Below are positions 60,365 to 64,000 of a DNA stretch of 64,000 nt, piece after piece. Position numbers and translations under genes: made by a program. How positions within the stretch are numbered: the first letter of the stretch is position 1; every line of letters starts with the position of its first letter. The notes beneath the pieces were generated by a model. That model saw only the letters and a list, made by a program, of their open reading frames with translations. It had not been told where the DNA came from and made no database searches. The DNA comes from Entomortierella parvispora E1425 (Eukaryota; Fungi; Mortierellomycota). The DNA lies in assembly GCA_020891255.1 (NCBI GenBank), contig BQFW01000003.1, forward strand, positions 186,001 through 250,000, given 5' to 3'.

Positions 60365-62080
60365 CTAGCTAGTCTCTTCCTCCCCCCAGCTGTCGCTGTC
60401 GAAATCGTCATTGCCTTCATCCGAATTGCTATCGTCCATTTCCAGATCGCTCCCAAAGCAAGTGGTCATGAAGATATCCCTGCCGGCGTTCCTCACCAGT
60501 GATTGCAATTGGGCAGCGATGTCGGCGTCAACGTTGAACTCTGAGGATATGGATTTCAGCTTGGGCCAATGATCCAGGATCCACTGAACATCTCCGCGTT
60601 CCATGGATTGCTCAGAACCATCGAACATGAAGTTTTCCAGCCCTCTTAAAGGTGCAAGTTGCCCTAGACCAGATTTGAGATCAATCCGAACCGGTCTTGA
60701 GTCTGGAGGGATCACCGTAAATTCTTCATGCAGCTCTAGATCCGTCAATTTCGTCAACCTGGACAGTTGTCTGAAAACTCCTTTGTCCCACTCTTTATCA
60801 GCCTCGTAAGGGATGATGACAATTACTTGCAGGCGCTCGAGGTTCAAACAGACCCATGGCCGAACCCGGGAATGATCCCGTACTGAGGCGAATCGGGCCA
60901 TGATAGTCTTCAAGTTACCATTTTTATCAGTCTCTCCATCGTGCTCCTCCTGCCAGGCTGCCGTCATATCCGATTCATCGTCCATATCTGCAAGAGATCT
61001 GCGCGCCTCCTCTGCTCCTTCGCACTGTATGAATGCCTCGGCCGGGAAAACCTCGCTGATCAGAGTCTTCAGCTTTGGACAGGAACTCATGATCCACTGA
61101 ATCATCCAGCCTCGTAAATTAATGCCCCTGGTGAGTTGAAGTGTTTCCAGCGTTTCGAAGTGTCGCTCTAATGCATCCAGAGACCGGTACCAAAATTCCG
61201 AGCGGTCCACCCGGAGGCACTTGAGAGGCCCACATGATCTCAATAGGCATGCAACCTGACTGTCCGTCCAGGTGGTATCTCCCCAGATACTCACGTTCTG
61301 GAGATACGACCATTGATAAGTTCCAAAGTTTCTGAACGCTTCTCTAGCTGAGGGAAGACGGTTCCTAGAGCTTGACCAGTCCAAAACGCGGAGATTGGGG
61401 CATTGCTTGATCCACTCCAACTCTTGCTCAACTGAAGGCAGCGCATCCTTGAAGCAGAGACTTGTCAGCTGAGGAAATTGAGGACTTGTAGCGAACGATC
61501 CTGACCAAGTGCTGATCCCTGTTTCCAGCTTCAGCTTTTGCAGCGATGGAGCCAATTCCCACAGCAGTAACGTATCCTCGGCCGACAACCAAAGATTGGT
61601 GAGAGATAGTACCTTCAAGGACCGATTGCATCTAGCAAGTGCCTGGCTCCAGCAGGCTCTGTGTTCCTGTCGGTGTTCCTCTTGTTCGTAAATATAGAGC
61701 TTTTGAAGGTTTTGATTCTTCAAGATCAGGTCCTTCGCGGACAAACGATCCTTGTCCATTTCAAAACGTTGGAAATCGAAAGTAAGGTCCAGCTCCTTGA
61801 GATTGTCGCATCGAGAATAGCCATCCGTGAACGAAGCAGCAAATACACTTGATTGAAACCGACTACTGGTGCTGAAGTGTAGATTCCGAACAAGGTGGGC
61901 GTGGCGAGCGATCGCATCCTTGGGAGGCTGAGGATGACTGTCGTCTATTGTCTGAAAGAGCACCGGTGTCAAGAGTGTTTTCCAGCTCTTGCATACGCGG
62001 ATGCAGTTGGCAAGGCTCCCACGTTCTAGGAAGCCACCAATGTGAAGCAGCGTCTCTGGCGGCAATTCCAGCTTGTCCAT
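60365..62080 (-). CDS. F-box/RNI-like LRR protein (copy F), 571 aa, intronless
   Basis: MDKLELPPETLLHIGGFL...IRVCKSWK F-box. Collinear with copies A and C (PQFPQL, WIKQCPNL, FWYRSLDALERHF, SGLGQLAPL, QWILDHWPKL). Confidence 0.9.
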   Translation of the reverse strand: MDKLELPPETLLHIGGFLERGSLANCIRVCKSWKTLLTPVLFQTIDDSHPQPPKDAIARHAHLVRNLHFSTSSRFQSSVFAASFTDGYSRCDNLKELDLTFDFQRFEMDKDRLSAKDLILKNQNLQKLYIYEQEEHRQEHRACWSQALARCNRSLKVLSLTNLWLSAEDTLLLWELAPSLQKLKLETGISTWSGSFATSPQFPQLTSLCFKDALPSVEQELEWIKQCPNLRVLDWSSSRNRLPSAREAFRNFGTYQWSYLQNVSIWGDTTWTDSQVACLLRSCGPLKCLRVDRSEFWYRSLDALERHFETLETLQLTRGINLRGWMIQWIMSSCPKLKTLISEVFPAEAFIQCEGAEEARRSLADMDDESDMTAAWQEEHDGETDKNGNLKTIMARFASVRDHSRVRPWVCLNLERLQVIVIIPYEADKEWDKGVFRQLSRLTKLTDLELHEEFTVIPPDSRPVRIDLKSGLGQLAPLRGLENFMFDGSEQSMERGDVQWILDHWPKLKSISSEFNVDADIAAQLQSLVRNAGRDIFMTTCFGSDLEMDDSNSDEGNDDFDSDSWGEEETS

Positions 62081-62403
62081 TGGATGTAAGGATGAGGAGA
62101 TGGGAAGGGAGGGACGTGATGAATTTGCATGTGCATGTGGTCAAAGGATTTTGGGAAGGATCAGGTCACAAAACAGACGCCACCAAATTATTTTTTTGCA
62201 GCATGGCGAACCCCTTGCGCGACCCAAAAAGACGTTGTATGCACTGATCCGCGAGGTTCATTGAGGTTTTGGCCACAAGGGATCATCTTCCATATAGCAC
62301 ACAATGGTCATAGGCTAGCTACGAACAGTCAGGTTACGTTGGTTGGCACATATGAAAGAAATGAAGCAGAGCTCCAAATGGAATTGCAGGCATTTTTAAT
62401 GAT

Positions 62404-63663
62404 CTACTTCTGCTTGCGAGTCAAGACAAAAAGTTGCATCGCATCCTGCTCATGAACAATTTCGATATTGAAGAACTCTTTGGCTTTGACAAAGAACTGC
62501 TGCTCAGAGTCGTGACGGAACTTGTATCCCAGCAACACCTTTGTCTTCTCATCACTGTAATCCAACACAGTCTGGAGCAACCAATCGTGCGACAAGTCGT
62601 TGTAGACCACATCCGCCAACAACAAAATCTCGACTGGCTCCACGTTGCGATCCTTCTCGGCCCAGTCCAGGAAGCCAACTTTCATGTTATGATGGGGCAA
62701 CAAAGCCTGGTTGGCATCCACGTTCTGTTGCATCAATGCCAAAGCCTCGTCCAAATCCGTAGACAATACAGAGAGTTCAGGGAAGGCAACCGCACAAGCG
62801 ATACCGACCAATCCTGTTCCGGCTCCCAGTTCCAAGCAGACTCTTTGCTTTTTAACGGGTATTGAGGTCTGCTTCTCGTCTGAGGATCCTTCTGAGGTTG
62901 AAAGGGCTGCCATGGAGGACTCTAATGATCCATCGTCCTGCTTTTGTTGTGACTCTCCTCCTGCTTCTTTCTTTGGTGTTGTCTCGGCCATGTACTTGCT
63001 CAGCCAAGAATCGGGAAGCATCAAATATTTCGTCATGAACACACCAGAGTCCCAGATATGACGAGCCATAAATCCTTCGTTTGCGTCCTCGCGGACCAAC
63101 AATGACCTTCCTCGTCCATGGCTTCCACTGAGATGTGCTGGCAACTTGAAATAACGCTCGACCAGATCCTGACGCGTGTCCACCAAGTATTTCCTGTTCA
63201 CCTTGCGATGTTTGGTCTTCTTCGAAAAGTTCAAAGGTGCGGGTTTGATGTGGATGGGCAAGGACCAGGCGGGCAAAATTTCGTACTCTGGAGGTTCGAT
63301 CAATGTCTTGGAGCCCTGGGCGGTGTAAGGGGCAGGGTCCAAACTGAGGACCAACTGACATTCTTCGTAGACGGTCATACAAGGCGCCAGGCGAATGTCG
63401 ACAGAGCAGTAGCCAATCTTGGGGTCGAACTCCAATGAGAATCCCTGAGAGAGTCCCTGTGGCATGATGGTCATAACAGTCTCGTCCTCAGAGGCTCCAG
63501 GCATGGTCGAGGGAGTCCTGACCACTGTTTGACAGCGAAGTCTGCAGGGTTTGTCGTAAAACTTTTCAGTGAGATCTGTGGTGATGGTGAAGACCATCTT
63601 GAAAGGCTCCTGGATAACAGCCTCAAGAGGTGTGTTCTTGAGCAGGCGAATATAATAATACAT
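62404..63663 (-). CDS. SAM-dependent protein-lysine methyltransferase, METTL21/EFM (Methyltransf_16) family, 419 aa
   Basis: HIWDSG, CLELGAGTGLVG (motif I), STD, LDW, LADVVY (DxxY). Likely ATG at 63663 (MYYYIRLLK). Confidence 0.9.
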   Translation of the reverse strand: MYYYIRLLKNTPLEAVIQEPFKMVFTITTDLTEKFYDKPCRLRCQTVVRTPSTMPGASEDETVMTIMPQGLSQGFSLEFDPKIGYCSVDIRLAPCMTVYEECQLVLSLDPAPYTAQGSKTLIEPPEYEILPAWSLPIHIKPAPLNFSKKTKHRKVNRKYLVDTRQDLVERYFKLPAHLSGSHGRGRSLLVREDANEGFMARHIWDSGVFMTKYLMLPDSWLSKYMAETTPKKEAGGESQQKQDDGSLESSMAALSTSEGSSDEKQTSIPVKKQRVCLELGAGTGLVGIACAVAFPELSVLSTDLDEALALMQQNVDANQALLPHHNMKVGFLDWAEKDRNVEPVEILLLADVVYNDLSHDWLLQTVLDYSDEKTKVLLGYKFRHDSEQQFFVKAKEFFNIEIVHEQDAMQLFVLTRKQK

Positions 63664-64000
63664 GACTGACGTTCCACGGAAAGGTATCTGAGGATGGTGG
63701 GAGTGTGGGGAGAGGGTGAAGAACGAGAGCAAAAAAAGAAAAGGAAAGGCTTGTTTACAATCGTGACCGTCTTGCCTCGAGTGCACGTGCGCGGAAATTG
63801 GTGGCGCTGCGCTTTGGACAAAGGCGATGCGCATGCACGCAGAGCAGCATGTCCTCCCTCACTGTTCCCTATCACATTCGTCAGTTTACCCATCTCCTCA
63901 AGGACAGGAATCCCATCGCTCATTAAGAGGCAAGCAAAGGACCATAAAACTGGAACAGGGAATCAGACGGCTACAGACATGAATAATGAAACAATGAAGC

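Overview
Eukaryotic, intron-rich fungal DNA of roughly balanced GC. It is probably Mortierellaceae or another early-diverging fungus (inference from gene repertoire, poly-T introns and the F-box/LRR family). No prokaryotic features, CRISPR arrays, rRNA or convincing tRNA were found. I rebuilt about 20 protein-coding loci by hand from GT-AG splice sites with phase checks. Left to right: RNI-like LRR protein, metallo-beta-lactamase-fold hydrolase, GPI-anchored Cu-only SOD, UGP1, kanadaptin-like FHA/dsRBD protein, secreted type-B carboxylesterase with a C-type-lectin-like N-terminus, RPN1, a small mitochondrial-type protein, aldose 1-epimerase, an orphan protein, a TOS4/PLM2-like FHA protein, NIMA kinase, FCF1, a Zn2Cys6 transcription factor, an Old Yellow Enzyme with a 1-nt frameshift, ALKBH1, a tandem F-box/LRR array and a METTL21/EFM-family methyltransferase. 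The most unusual region is 52.7-62.1 kb, a compact head-to-tail array of intronless F-box/LRR paralogues in active birth-and-death. It holds three intact genes and one full-length copy broken only by two in-frame stops at Tyr and Cys positions. It also holds an F-box-less half copy in frame directly behind the stop codon of its neighbour, a degenerate relic, and an unrelated orphan exon of a small secreted protein. All product calls come from motif recognition, not database searches.
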